A stretch of DNA of 64,000 nucleotides, taken from NCBI GenBank assembly GCA_963801275.1, contig CAWDEF010000001.1:1007481-1071480 (forward strand), in the 5' to 3' direction. Source of the stretch: an uncultured Acidobacteriota bacterium (GTDB taxonomy: Bacteria; Acidobacteriota; Thermoanaerobaculia; UBA5066; Gp7-AA6). Of the stretch, positions 35,602 through 44,869 are shown piece by piece. Within the stretch, counting starts at the first letter, position 1. Every line of letters starts with the position of its first letter. The notes beneath the pieces were generated by a model. The model did no database searches, was not told the DNA's origin, and worked only from the letters and a program-made list of their open reading frames with translations. The position numbers and the translations under genes were made by a program.

Positions 35602-37044
35602 TCACTCTTCGGACGCGCGGCGCATCATACCGCCCCGCCGCGGGATCAGGAGAACGCCGAGGATGATCGTCGCCAGCGTCTCGGCGCCGAGGATCAGGCC
35701 TTCCTTCAGGGGCGCCTGGCTCGTCGGCGAAGGAGCGAAGAAGAGAGCGGCTGCGCCCGCGATGTAGAGAGTGCAAACGACGGAGGCGAGCCACGCGTTG
35801 CCCGCTCCGCCCGGCAGCCGGTAGGGCCTCGGCTGGTTCGGCCTGCGGCGCCGCAGGACGAGGAACGCCGGAAACACGAGCAGGTAACAGAGCAGGAAAC
35901 ACAACCCCGAGAGCTTGAACGTCATCCAGAAGACGTTCGACTGGCTGTCGGAAAGAAGGGCGTTGCCCACGAGAAGCGCCGTCGAGACGAGGCCCATGGC
36001 GATGAACGCGACGTGAGGCGTCCGGAACCGCGGATGCAGGCGGCCCAGGCCGGCGGGCAGAACACCCTCTTCCGCCGCAACCGCCGCTACGCGGTTGGCT
36101 CCGAGGCTCCAGGTCACGATGTTGGCGATGCACGCGTAGAGAAAGCCGATCCCGAGGAGGAAGATGCCGGCGCCGCCCGCCGGCCCCCACTCGCGGCCGA
36201 GCACGGCCAGGGCATCCCAGGTGCCGGTGACGATCGAGAGCTTGCCGATTGGAACCGCGAGCAGGATCCCCGCCACCCCCAGCGCATACACGCCGGCGAT
36301 CACGATGCCCGAGAGCAGGATTACCCGCGGCACGTCGCGCCGCGGGTTCTTCATCTCTCCGCCGGCCGAGCTCATCAGCTCGAACCCGAGCGTGTTGTAG
36401 AGGAGCACCGGAAGGTAGGCGAGAGAGTCGTTCCATTTGGGCAGGAAGCTCGAAAAGGAGAAGTCGTTGGCCGGAGGACGGCCCTTCAGCAGCGCGCCGA
36501 ACCCGAGGGCGCCGAGGGCCAGGAAGATCATGACCTTCACGACGGCGCCGAGGTTGGGGAGCCACTTGGAAACCTCGAGGCGCACGATCCCGACACCGAC
36601 CGTCAGCCAGGTGAGCACGATCGCGATCCCCGCCTCCTGCCAGGTCGAGCGGTGAGAAAGGAAGATCTGCTCGAAGGTTCCAGCGAAAATCAGATAGACG
36701 GAGGGGACCCAGTAGGCGTTGTTGATCCAGTAGAGCCAGGCCACCGTCGAGCCCCAGAGGGGGCCGAAGGCCTCGCGCACCCAGAGGTACACGCCGCCCT
36801 CCCCAGGCCAGGCCGCGCCGAGCTCCGCGGTGATCAGGCCGTACGGGATGAAGAAGACCACCATCGTGATCACCCACCAGGAGAACCAGGCGACCCCCAT
36901 GGAGGCGGCCGAGGCGACGGTGTCGATGGTCAGGATCGCGCAGACCGAGAAGAGCACCAGATCGAAGTGCCCGAGGACCCGGTCCAGGCCCTCGGCGGGC
37001 AGGCCATGTCCTTCCCCGGCGCCGGAAATCGCCGTCTCGCTCAT
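35602..37044 (-). CDS. APC superfamily amino acid/polyamine permease
   Basis: 480 aa, 12 TM; N-terminal FSVCAILTIDTVASAASMG...GLITAELGAAWPGEGGVYLWV APC signature; GAGGAGG SD. Confidence 0.8.
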   Translation of the reverse strand: MSETAISGAGEGHGLPAEGLDRVLGHFDLVLFSVCAILTIDTVASAASMGVAWFSWWVITMVVFFIPYGLITAELGAAWPGEGGVYLWVREAFGPLWGSTVAWLYWINNAYWVPSVYLIFAGTFEQIFLSHRSTWQEAGIAIVLTWLTVGVGIVRLEVSKWLPNLGAVVKVMIFLALGALGFGALLKGRPPANDFSFSSFLPKWNDSLAYLPVLLYNTLGFELMSSAGGEMKNPRRDVPRVILLSGIVIAGVYALGVAGILLAVPIGKLSIVTGTWDALAVLGREWGPAGGAGIFLLGIGFLYACIANIVTWSLGANRVAAVAAEEGVLPAGLGRLHPRFRTPHVAFIAMGLVSTALLVGNALLSDSQSNVFWMTFKLSGLCFLLCYLLVFPAFLVLRRRRPNQPRPYRLPGGAGNAWLASVVCTLYIAGAAALFFAPSPTSQAPLKEGLILGAETLATIILGVLLIPRRGGMMRRASEE

Positions 37045-37229
37045 GCTTCGCCGCGCCTCCTCGGCCTGCGGACCGCCTTTGGGAGAATCCCTGGCATCCT
37101 ACACGAACAGCCCGTGGAAATGACTGCTCCTCAGTAGGTTAAGGCCCTGCCCGGGCTTTCCAGGGGCCCATGATAGGCTCCCGGCGAGTCGAATCCGGCT
37201 CATCTTCTCTGACCCTAGGGTCGCTACCC

Positions 37230-38540
37230 ATGACCCGCTCGATCGTCTTGAAGACCGCCGTGCCGGGGCCCCGCTCCGCCGCCCTCCTGAAGCGGCGAGG
37301 CCAGGCCGTTCCGGCCGGAATCGCCCATGCCACGCCGATCTTCGCCGAACGAGCCGAAGGGGCGCTGCTGACGGACGTGGATGGCAACACCTTCATCGAC
37401 TTCGCCGGGGGCATCGGAACCTTGAACGTTGGCCATGCCAACCCCCGGATCGTGGCCGCGGCGTCCGGGCAGCTTTCTCGCCTTCCCCACACCTGCTTCA
37501 GCGTCGCCCTTTACGAGGGCTACATCGCTCTCGCCGAAAGGTTGAACCGCATCACGCCCGGCGGCTTCGCGAAGAAGACGATGTTCGCCAACAGCGGCGC
37601 CGAGGCCCTGGAGAATGCCGTCAAGATCGCGCGCAGCGCGACGGGCCGCGAGGCCGTCGTCGTGTTCGACCACGCCTTCCACGGGCGCACGCTCCTGACG
37701 ATGAGCATGACGAGCAAGGTGCGCCCGTACAAGTTCGGGTTCGGTCCCTTCGCGCCGGAGGTCTATCGGCTCCCCTACCCCTACACGTACCGGACTCCCT
37801 ACGAGGACGCCGAGGCCTGGGAAGCCGCGGTCGAAGAGTTCTTTCACACCCAGGTCGCCGCCGAGAAGGTCGCCTGCATCGTGCTCGAGCTCGTGCTCGG
37901 TGAGGGCGGCTTCGTCGTCGCACCGCGCGAAGCCGTCTTGTTCCTCGCGCAATTCTGCCGCGAGCGCGGGATTCTCCTCGTGATCGACGAGGTGCAGACC
38001 GGTTTCGGCCGGACGGGCCGGCTCTTCGCCTGCGAGCACTACGGAATCGAACCGGACCTCCTGACGATGGCCAAGTCCCTGGCCGGGGGATTCCCGCTCT
38101 CCGCCGTGACCGGTCGCGCCGAGGCCATGGACGCCGCCCCGGTCGGAGGCCTGGGCGGCACGTACGCCGGCAACCCCGTCTCCTGCGCCGCGGCCCTCGC
38201 CGCGCTCGACTTCATGGAGTCCGCGCGACTGCCCGAGCGGGGCGCCGAGATCGGCCGCCAGGTCGAGCAGCGGTTCCGTGGCTTCTTCGAGCGCTTTCCG
38301 TTCATCGGCGAGGCGCGCGGGTTGGGCGCCATGCGCGCCTTGGAGCTCGTCAAGGACCGGGCCGGCAAGGCGCCGGACAAGGAGCGCGCCGGCCGTGCGG
38401 TGCAGAAGGCCTGCGAGAACGGTCTGATCGTGCTCACGGCCGGAACCCACGGCAACGTGATCCGAACGCTGATGCCTCTGGTGATCACCGACGATCAGCT
38501 CCACGAGGGGCTGGAGGTTCTCGAGCATGCGCTCGAATAG
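37230..38540 (+). CDS. gabT: 4-aminobutyrate aminotransferase
   Basis: 436 aa from MTRSIVLK; class III AT motifs, DEVQTGFGRTGRLFACEH, TYAGNPVSCAAALA. Confidence 0.85.
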   Translation: MTRSIVLKTAVPGPRSAALLKRRGQAVPAGIAHATPIFAERAEGALLTDVDGNTFIDFAGGIGTLNVGHANPRIVAAASGQLSRLPHTCFSVALYEGYIALAERLNRITPGGFAKKTMFANSGAEALENAVKIARSATGREAVVVFDHAFHGRTLLTMSMTSKVRPYKFGFGPFAPEVYRLPYPYTYRTPYEDAEAWEAAVEEFFHTQVAAEKVACIVLELVLGEGGFVVAPREAVLFLAQFCRERGILLVIDEVQTGFGRTGRLFACEHYGIEPDLLTMAKSLAGGFPLSAVTGRAEAMDAAPVGGLGGTYAGNPVSCAAALAALDFMESARLPERGAEIGRQVEQRFRGFFERFPFIGEARGLGAMRALELVKDRAGKAPDKERAGRAVQKACENGLIVLTAGTHGNVIRTLMPLVITDDQLHEGLEVLEHALE

Positions 38541-38639
38541 ACGCCGCTTCCTCTTTTCGGTGGCCGACTCCTAGGCGAAGACTCGCGGAGTCCTGCACCG
38601 CATCGGGGAGTCTCGAACCGAGAGGAGGTGGGGTCACCA

Positions 38640-40013
38640 ATGGACACGAAGGAACTCCTGAAAGAGTCGCAGCGCTGGCTCGACATCATCTCGACGCCTC
38701 AATTCTCCGTCGAACAGAAGGCCAAGATCGTCGCCGACACCGTCGACAACTTCTCTTTCTATTACAACCGCGGCTACCTCGACTACCGCAAGTCGGTCAT
38801 CGAGATGCGCGACAGCCCCGCCCTCGAATGGGAGGGACAGGGCTCGACCTTCCGCGACATCATGGGGCGCGAGTTCATCGACTGCCTCGGCGGGTACGGC
38901 ATCTACAGCGCCGGGATCCGGCATCCCAAGATCGTCAAGGCCGTGGCGGATCAGCTTGCCCGCATGCCGCTCTCGAGCCAGGAGCTGCTCGATCCGCTGC
39001 GCGGGGCGCTCGCGGAGCTTCTGGGCGAGATCGCTCCCGGAGACCTGCAGTACTCCTTCTTCATCAACAACGGCACGGACGCCGTCGAGGGCGCCATCAA
39101 ACTCGCCCGCCTCTTCACCGGCAAGTCCAACTTCATCTCCTCGCTTCGCGGATTTCATGGCAAGAGCTGCGGCTCGCTGTCGCTCTTGGGCAAATGGGAG
39201 TACCGGGAGCCCTTCCTGCCGCTCCTTCCCGGCATCCAGTTCGTGGAGTTCGGCGACGCGGACGCCGTGGTCGACGAGCTCTACAAGGCCGACGCCACGA
39301 GCAAGGGCGTCGCCGCGGTCATCATGGAGCCGGTCCAGGGCGAGGCCGGCGCAATCGTGCCGCCGGACGACTTCTGGCCGCGTATCCGCAAGGCCTGCGA
39401 CGAGTACGGGGCGCTGCTGATCGCCGACGAGGTGCAGACCGGGCTCGGCCGCACGGGCAAGATGTTCGGGGTCGAGCATTGGAAGACCGTTCCGGACATC
39501 ATGTGCCTCGGAAAGGCCCTGGGCGGCGGTGTGATGCCGCTGTCGGCCTTCATTTCGACGCCGAAGATCTGGAGCGTGCTTGAGACGAATCCGTTCATCC
39601 ATACGTCGACCTTCGGGGGAAACCCGCTGGCGTGTGCGGCCGGCATCGCGGCCGTCAACGTCACGCTCGAGGAGGACCTGCCGGGCCAGGCCTCCCGCAA
39701 GGGGAAGTACTTCCTGGGACAGTTGATCGCTCTGCAGCTGACCTACGACCGCATCATCCGGAAGGCCCGGGGCAAGGGCCTCCTGCTGGGCCTCGAGTTC
39801 GCCAACACCGAGATCGGCTACCGCGTCGTGTCGGGCCTCTTCAAGCGGGGCGTCCTCGTCGCGGGGACGCTGACGAACTCGAAGGTCGTGCGAATCGAGC
39901 CGGCCTTGAACATCCCCGACCCGCTGATCCACAAGGTCCTGGATGCCCTGGAAGACACGCTCAAGGAGATCGACCGATCGACACCGGACATCACGCCGGA
40001 CGACGAGGACTAG
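38640..40013 (+). CDS. Class III aminotransferase, putrescine aminotransferase (PatA)-like, paralog 2
   Basis: ATG 38640 with GAGGAGG SD at 11-nt spacing (ORF-track GTG 38628 abuts SD); about 50% identical by eye to paralog at 34224-35573; DEVQTGLGRTGKMF. Confidence 0.8.
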   Translation: MDTKELLKESQRWLDIISTPQFSVEQKAKIVADTVDNFSFYYNRGYLDYRKSVIEMRDSPALEWEGQGSTFRDIMGREFIDCLGGYGIYSAGIRHPKIVKAVADQLARMPLSSQELLDPLRGALAELLGEIAPGDLQYSFFINNGTDAVEGAIKLARLFTGKSNFISSLRGFHGKSCGSLSLLGKWEYREPFLPLLPGIQFVEFGDADAVVDELYKADATSKGVAAVIMEPVQGEAGAIVPPDDFWPRIRKACDEYGALLIADEVQTGLGRTGKMFGVEHWKTVPDIMCLGKALGGGVMPLSAFISTPKIWSVLETNPFIHTSTFGGNPLACAAGIAAVNVTLEEDLPGQASRKGKYFLGQLIALQLTYDRIIRKARGKGLLLGLEFANTEIGYRVVSGLFKRGVLVAGTLTNSKVVRIEPALNIPDPLIHKVLDALEDTLKEIDRSTPDITPDDED

Positions 40014-40019
40014 CGAGCC

Positions 40020-41138
40020 GTGCGGATCGCTCTGCTCGGCGCGGCAGGAGCCATGGCGTCGGTCGTCCTGCGCGACCTGCTCGAGCTCGCGCCGGACGCC
40101 TCCATCACACTGGCCGACCGGCGGCCGGTGGAAAGCTCCGACCCCCGGGTCCGAAGCGTCGCGGTCGACGTTTCGGACGAGGCGGCCACGGCGCGCCTGC
40201 TCGAAGGGCACGACGCGGTCGCAAACTGCGTCACCTACTATCTGAACGTGCCTGTCATGCGCGCGGCGCTCGCGGCCCGGGTGCCCTACACGGATCTCGG
40301 AGGCCTCTATCACGGCACCCTCAAGCAATTCGCGCTCGACGAGGAGTTCCGGAAAGCCGGTGTTCCGGCCCTGCTCGGCATGGGATCGACCCCGGGCATC
40401 ACCAACGTCATGGGGGGGGCCCTGGCCCGAGGGCTCGACCGCGTCGACGCCATTCACGTCCGGGTGGGCTGCGTCGACCGATCGGCGAGCGGACCGCTGC
40501 CGATTCCCTACGCCTTCGACACCGTGCTCGACGAGTTCTCGCTCGAGCCGATGGTCTTTCACGAAGGGCGCGCGCGGGCGGTGCCGCCGACGAGCGGCGA
40601 GGAAACCATCGCCTTCCCCGAGCCTGTAGGCGAGGCTCGGGCGTTCTACACTCTTCACTCCGAGGTCGCCATGTTCCCCCGCTCGTTTCCCGGCTTGAAG
40701 GAGGCGAGCTTCAAGGTCGCTTTCGAGCCGGACTTCACGGCCAAGGTGCGGTTCTTGGTCGAGCTCGGCTTCGCCTCGCGGGAGAAGCTTTCCTCCGGGT
40801 CCTCGCCTCGCGAGACCCTGCTCGCGCTTGCGGCGCGGCAGGCCGCGCCCGGAGGCGAGCCGAACGACTGCGACGTCCTGCGGGTCGACGCCACGGGCCT
40901 GCGCGGCGGCCAGAAAGTCTCCACGCGCGCGGAGATGATCGTGCGGCCTCACCCCGGGTGGAAGATCGGCGCGGGAGCGCTCGACACCGGCGTGCCCCTT
41001 TCGGTCGCGGCCCAGATGCTCGCCCGGAGGGAGATTCGGGAGGCCGGAGTGCTGTGCCCCGAGACCGCGGTCCCGGAAGGACCGTTCTTCCGGGAGCTCG
41101 AACTCCGCGGAATGCGGGCCCGGTTCGAGTCGGTCTGA
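40020..41138 (+). CDS. Saccharopine dehydrogenase NADP-binding family enzyme (homospermidine synthase / carboxynorspermidine dehydrogenase-like)
   Basis: GTG start 6 bp after aminotransferase stop; N-terminal Rossmann MRIALLGAAGAMASVVLRDLL; GMGSTPGITNV motif characteristic of saccharopine DH fold. Confidence 0.7.
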   Translation: MRIALLGAAGAMASVVLRDLLELAPDASITLADRRPVESSDPRVRSVAVDVSDEAATARLLEGHDAVANCVTYYLNVPVMRAALAARVPYTDLGGLYHGTLKQFALDEEFRKAGVPALLGMGSTPGITNVMGGALARGLDRVDAIHVRVGCVDRSASGPLPIPYAFDTVLDEFSLEPMVFHEGRARAVPPTSGEETIAFPEPVGEARAFYTLHSEVAMFPRSFPGLKEASFKVAFEPDFTAKVRFLVELGFASREKLSSGSSPRETLLALAARQAAPGGEPNDCDVLRVDATGLRGGQKVSTRAEMIVRPHPGWKIGAGALDTGVPLSVAAQMLARREIREAGVLCPETAVPEGPFFRELELRGMRARFESV

Positions 41139-41157
41139 GTTCCAACAGGAGGAGAAC

Positions 41158-42522
41158 GTGAGCATCGAATCCACAAACCCCGCCACCGGCGCCCTCAGGA
41201 GGCGCTTCGAGCCCGTTTCCCGGGAGGAGGTGGACCGGCGACTGGACGCCGCCTCCCGCGCCTTCCGCACCTGGCGGGCCGCGCCCTTTTCCGTGCGCGC
41301 GGCGCACATGATGCGGGCGGCGGAGATTCTCGAGACCGAGAAGAAGCGCCTGGGAGAGCTCATGACGCTCGAGATGGGCAAACCCATCGGCTCGGCGGTC
41401 GCAGAGGCCGAAAAGTGCGCCTGGGTCTGCCGCTACTACGCCGAGAACGCCGAGCGGTTCCTCGCGGACGAGCCGATCGTGACGGACGCTTCCCGCAGCT
41501 TCGTGCGCTATCAGCCGCTGGGCGCGGTGCTCGCGGTCATGCCCTGGAATTTCCCTTTCTGGCAGGTCTTCCGGTTCGCCGCGCCGGTGCTGATGGCCGG
41601 CAACGTCGGGGTCCTGAAGCACGCCTCGAACGTGCCCGAGTGCGCCCTGGCGATCGCCCAGATCTTCGAGCAGGCAGCCTTCCCGCCGGGCTCGTTCCAG
41701 GCGCTCTTGATCGGAGCGGACCGGGTGGCGAGCCTCATTTCCGACCCGCGGATTCACGCGGTCACGCTGACGGGAAGCGAGGGCGCGGGCGTCTCGATCG
41801 GCCGGGCCGCAGGAGCGGAGATCAAGAAGGTGGTCCTCGAGCTCGGCGGCAGCGACCCCTTCCTCGTAATGCCCAGCGCAGACCTGGAAACCGCCGTCTC
41901 GACGGCGGTCAAGGCGCGCACGATCAACAACGGTGAGTCCTGCATCGCCGCCAAGCGGTTTCTCGTGCACCGGGCGGTCTCAAAGCAATTCGAGGCGGGA
42001 TTCGTCGAAAAGATGGCGGCACTCAAGGTCGGCGATCCCATCGACCCTGCGACCGAGATCGGCCCGCTCGCCACGCCCGCAATTCGCGACGAGGTGGACG
42101 CTCTCGTCAAGAAGACGGTCGCCGCCGGCGCCAGGCTGCGGCTCGGCGGCGAGCCCCTCGGCGGGCCCGGCAACTTCTACGCCCCGACCGTGCTGGCGGA
42201 CGTTCCCCCGAGCAGCCCCGGGGCGAAGGAGGAGATCTTCGGCCCCGTGGCGAGCCTCATGCCCTTCGACACGCTCGCGGAAGGGATCGCGCTTGCCAAC
42301 GCGACGCGCTTCGGCCTCGGAGCCTCCGCCTGGACCAACGACGCGAACGAACGCGAGGCGCTGATCGATGGGATCGAGGCCGGCGCCGTGTTCATCAACG
42401 GCCTCGTCAAGAGCGATCCGCGGCTCCCGTTCGGAGGCGTCAAGCATTCGGGCTTCGGCCGTGAGCTCTCGCGGCACGGCATCCGCGAGTTCGTCAACGT
42501 CAAGACCGTCTGGGTGGCCTAG
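41158..42522 (+). CDS. NAD(P)-dependent aldehyde dehydrogenase, succinate-semialdehyde dehydrogenase-like
   Basis: 454 aa; GTG start with AGGAGGAG SD; ALDH motifs LELGGSDP, catalytic Cys in NNGESCIAAKRF, Glu in ELGG; size matches GabD/Sad class. Confidence 0.85.
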   Translation: MSIESTNPATGALRRRFEPVSREEVDRRLDAASRAFRTWRAAPFSVRAAHMMRAAEILETEKKRLGELMTLEMGKPIGSAVAEAEKCAWVCRYYAENAERFLADEPIVTDASRSFVRYQPLGAVLAVMPWNFPFWQVFRFAAPVLMAGNVGVLKHASNVPECALAIAQIFEQAAFPPGSFQALLIGADRVASLISDPRIHAVTLTGSEGAGVSIGRAAGAEIKKVVLELGGSDPFLVMPSADLETAVSTAVKARTINNGESCIAAKRFLVHRAVSKQFEAGFVEKMAALKVGDPIDPATEIGPLATPAIRDEVDALVKKTVAAGARLRLGGEPLGGPGNFYAPTVLADVPPSSPGAKEEIFGPVASLMPFDTLAEGIALANATRFGLGASAWTNDANEREALIDGIEAGAVFINGLVKSDPRLPFGGVKHSGFGRELSRHGIREFVNVKTVWVA

Positions 42523-42537
42523 GTGTCGTTTCTCAAC

Positions 42538-42651
42538 ACGTTGTTCACAGCCAGGGCGGGTCATGCGGACCCCCTCTCCCCCCAACCCGGGTGGAGAGGG
42601 GAATTCTGAGCCTGGGGACTCTTCAGAGGGGGCGGTAGGGTGAACAACGTC
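42538..42651. repeat. Palindromic intergenic element with terminal inverted repeats ACGTTGTTCAC/GTGAACAACGT and core CCCCTCTCCCCCCAACCCGGGTGGAGAGGGG
   Basis: Lies between convergent genes (ALDH stop 42522, NTF2-like stop 42723); same CCCTCTCCCC/GGAGAGGG core as 24649-24750 element. Confidence 0.5.
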
Positions 42652-42722
42652 TTGAGAATTCACACCTGGCCGCCCTGGCTCCCTGGACGGCCTGTCCGGA
42701 TCACGCCGGCCCTCTCGGATCG

Positions 42723-43190
42723 CTACTTCTTCGGATTGTCTCCGCCGGCCCAGGCGATGAACATCCAGCGTCCCCCTTCTTTGATCAGGATGTCCGTGTA
42801 CCGCCCCGTCGCGGTCTCCCGGTCCTTCTTGTAGTTCTCCCTCACGGCCGTGTAGGTGTATTGCACGACGGCCACGTTGCCGGTGATCGTCGCGGAAATC
42901 GGGGAGATCTCCTGTTCCAGAGTCGTCGTGCTGGCATCGTTGAAGCGCGTCCACCTCGTCAGGCTCGCCTTGTTCTGGGGTGCCGGCCGATCCACGTCCC
43001 AGTAGCTGATGTTGGGGTGCACCATCTTGTCGATCCAACTGATGTCCTTGTCCATGCTCATCTTCCACTGGAGCTCTTCGAACCTCCAGATCTCCTGCTG
43101 CTCCGGGCTCCACGTCTGGGCCGACGCGAGGCTCGAGATCCCGGCAAGGGAGAGAAGGAGAAAAGCGGTACAGAGACGTCGAAAGGACAT
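42723..43190 (-). CDS. Secreted NTF2-like / SnoaL-like (DUF4440-type) protein
   Basis: 155 aa; ATG 43190 with AGGAGG SD; signal peptide MSFRRLCTAFLLLSLAGISSLASAQ; W/Y-rich cone-fold-like body; lower GC than flanks. Confidence 0.55.
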   Translation of the reverse strand: MSFRRLCTAFLLLSLAGISSLASAQTWSPEQQEIWRFEELQWKMSMDKDISWIDKMVHPNISYWDVDRPAPQNKASLTRWTRFNDASTTTLEQEISPISATITGNVAVVQYTYTAVRENYKKDRETATGRYTDILIKEGGRWMFIAWAGGDNPKK

Positions 43191-43356
43191 CAAACACCTC
43201 CTGCGTCCGCCAGGGACGCCGCAAATGGAAGGGCGCCGGGTAGACGCCCGAGCTGAACCGGATTCTGTCACAGCCCCCGGAGACACAAAGGGCACGGCCC
43301 TGCGCAGGGGCGGCCCTTCTTCAATGCGTGAACGTCGAACTGGCTCCCGAGCCTCT

Positions 43357-44820
43357 CTACGCGCCCGGCAGGAAACTCGTCCCCACCGTGTGGGCGATGC
43401 GCGCCATGACGTGCTTGACCTGGGTGTAGTCCTCCAGAGCGTACATGGACATGTCCTTGCCGTAGCCAGACTGTTTGTAGCCGCCGTGGGGCATCTCGGA
43501 GACGAGCGGCAGGTGGTCGTTGATCCAGACGGTCCCGAAGCGCAGTCTCCTCGCGGCATTCAAGGCGCGATTCACGTTTGAGGTCCAGACGGAGGCCGAA
43601 AGCCCGTAGTCGACGTCGTTGGCCCAGCGCAGCGCCTCATCGTCGTCCTCGAAGCGTGTCACCGTGATGACCGGACCGAAGACCTCCTTCTGGACGATCT
43701 CGTCGTTCTGTCTCGCGTCGGCGACGATCGTGGGCTCGAGCCAGAAGCCCTTGCCCGCGGCGGCGCCCCCGCCCGTCAGAAAGCGCACATGCCCGCCCGC
43801 CTTCGCGCGCTCGAGGAATCCCGAGACGCGCTTCTTGTGCTCGGCCGAGATGACGGGGCCCATGTTCGTGTTCTCGTTCTTGATGTCGCCGACCTGGAGC
43901 GATTCCACGGCGGGCACGAGGTCGGCCAGCAAGCGGTCGTAGATGCGCCCGCTCGCATAGAGGCGGCAGGCCGCCGTGCAGTCCTGGCCGCTGTTCGCAA
44001 AGCCCGCCATCTTGATGCCCGGAATGACGAGCTCCATGTCCGCGTCGTCGAAGATCAGGACGGGTGCCTTGCCCCCGAGCTCGAGATGCACCTTCTTCAA
44101 CGTCGCCGAGGCCGCCTTTGCGACCTCCCTGCCCGTCGCCACGTCGCCGGTCAAGGAAACCATGTTGACCTTCGGGTGCCGCACGAGACCCGCGCCCACC
44201 GGCTCGCCGTGCCCGGTGATGACGTTGAAGACCCCCGGCGGGAAGATGTCGGCCGCGAGCTCCGCCAGGCGCAGCGAGGTCAGCGGCGTCTGCTCGGACG
44301 GCTTGAGCACGACGGTGTTTCCGGCCGCAAGCGCCGGCCCGATCTTCCAGATCGCCATCATGAGCGGGTAGTTCCAGGGGGCAATCGACCCGACGACGCC
44401 GACCGGCTCGCGCCGAATGATGCTCGTGTAACCCGCCAGGTACTCCCCCGCCGCCCTTCCCTCCTGGCAGCGGCAGGCGCCCGCGAAGAAGCGCAGGTTG
44501 TCCACGAGGAACGGCACTTCGGAGCGTGCTAGACCGATCGGCTTGCCGACGTTCTCGGCTTCGAGCTGCGCGAGCTCCTCGGCGTTCGCCTCGATGCGGT
44601 CGGCGAGCTTCAAGAGCATCAGGCTTCGATCCTGAGGCGTCGAATCCATCCACTTCTCGAGCGCGGAAGCCGCAGCGGAGACCGCCCGGTCGACGTCTTT
44701 CTCGGTGCCTTTCGGCACGCGGGCGATTACCCCCTCGTTGACGGGGCTCAGGATCGGCTCCTCCTGTCCCTCGACCGCGGCGACCATCTGGCCGCCGACG
44801 AAATTCTTATAGCTCCTCAT
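43357..44820 (-). CDS. Aldehyde dehydrogenase, gamma-aminobutyraldehyde dehydrogenase (PatD/Prr)-like
   Basis: 487 aa from MRSYKNFVGGQ with AAAGGAG SD; ELGGKAP, GQDCTAACRL catalytic Cys, PWNYPL. Confidence 0.85.
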   Translation of the reverse strand: MRSYKNFVGGQMVAAVEGQEEPILSPVNEGVIARVPKGTEKDVDRAVSAAASALEKWMDSTPQDRSLMLLKLADRIEANAEELAQLEAENVGKPIGLARSEVPFLVDNLRFFAGACRCQEGRAAGEYLAGYTSIIRREPVGVVGSIAPWNYPLMMAIWKIGPALAAGNTVVLKPSEQTPLTSLRLAELAADIFPPGVFNVITGHGEPVGAGLVRHPKVNMVSLTGDVATGREVAKAASATLKKVHLELGGKAPVLIFDDADMELVIPGIKMAGFANSGQDCTAACRLYASGRIYDRLLADLVPAVESLQVGDIKNENTNMGPVISAEHKKRVSGFLERAKAGGHVRFLTGGGAAAGKGFWLEPTIVADARQNDEIVQKEVFGPVITVTRFEDDDEALRWANDVDYGLSASVWTSNVNRALNAARRLRFGTVWINDHLPLVSEMPHGGYKQSGYGKDMSMYALEDYTQVKHVMARIAHTVGTSFLPGA

Positions 44821-44869
44821 GGAAGGCCGGCTCCTTTCGCCCGGCAATCCTACAGCGGCGTGCGGCCCT

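Noticed and set aside
38634-41387. 917-aa minus-strand ORF across PatA2 and the saccharopine-DH gene
   Set aside because: Antisense low-complexity ORF; plus-strand genes have PLP and Rossmann motifs
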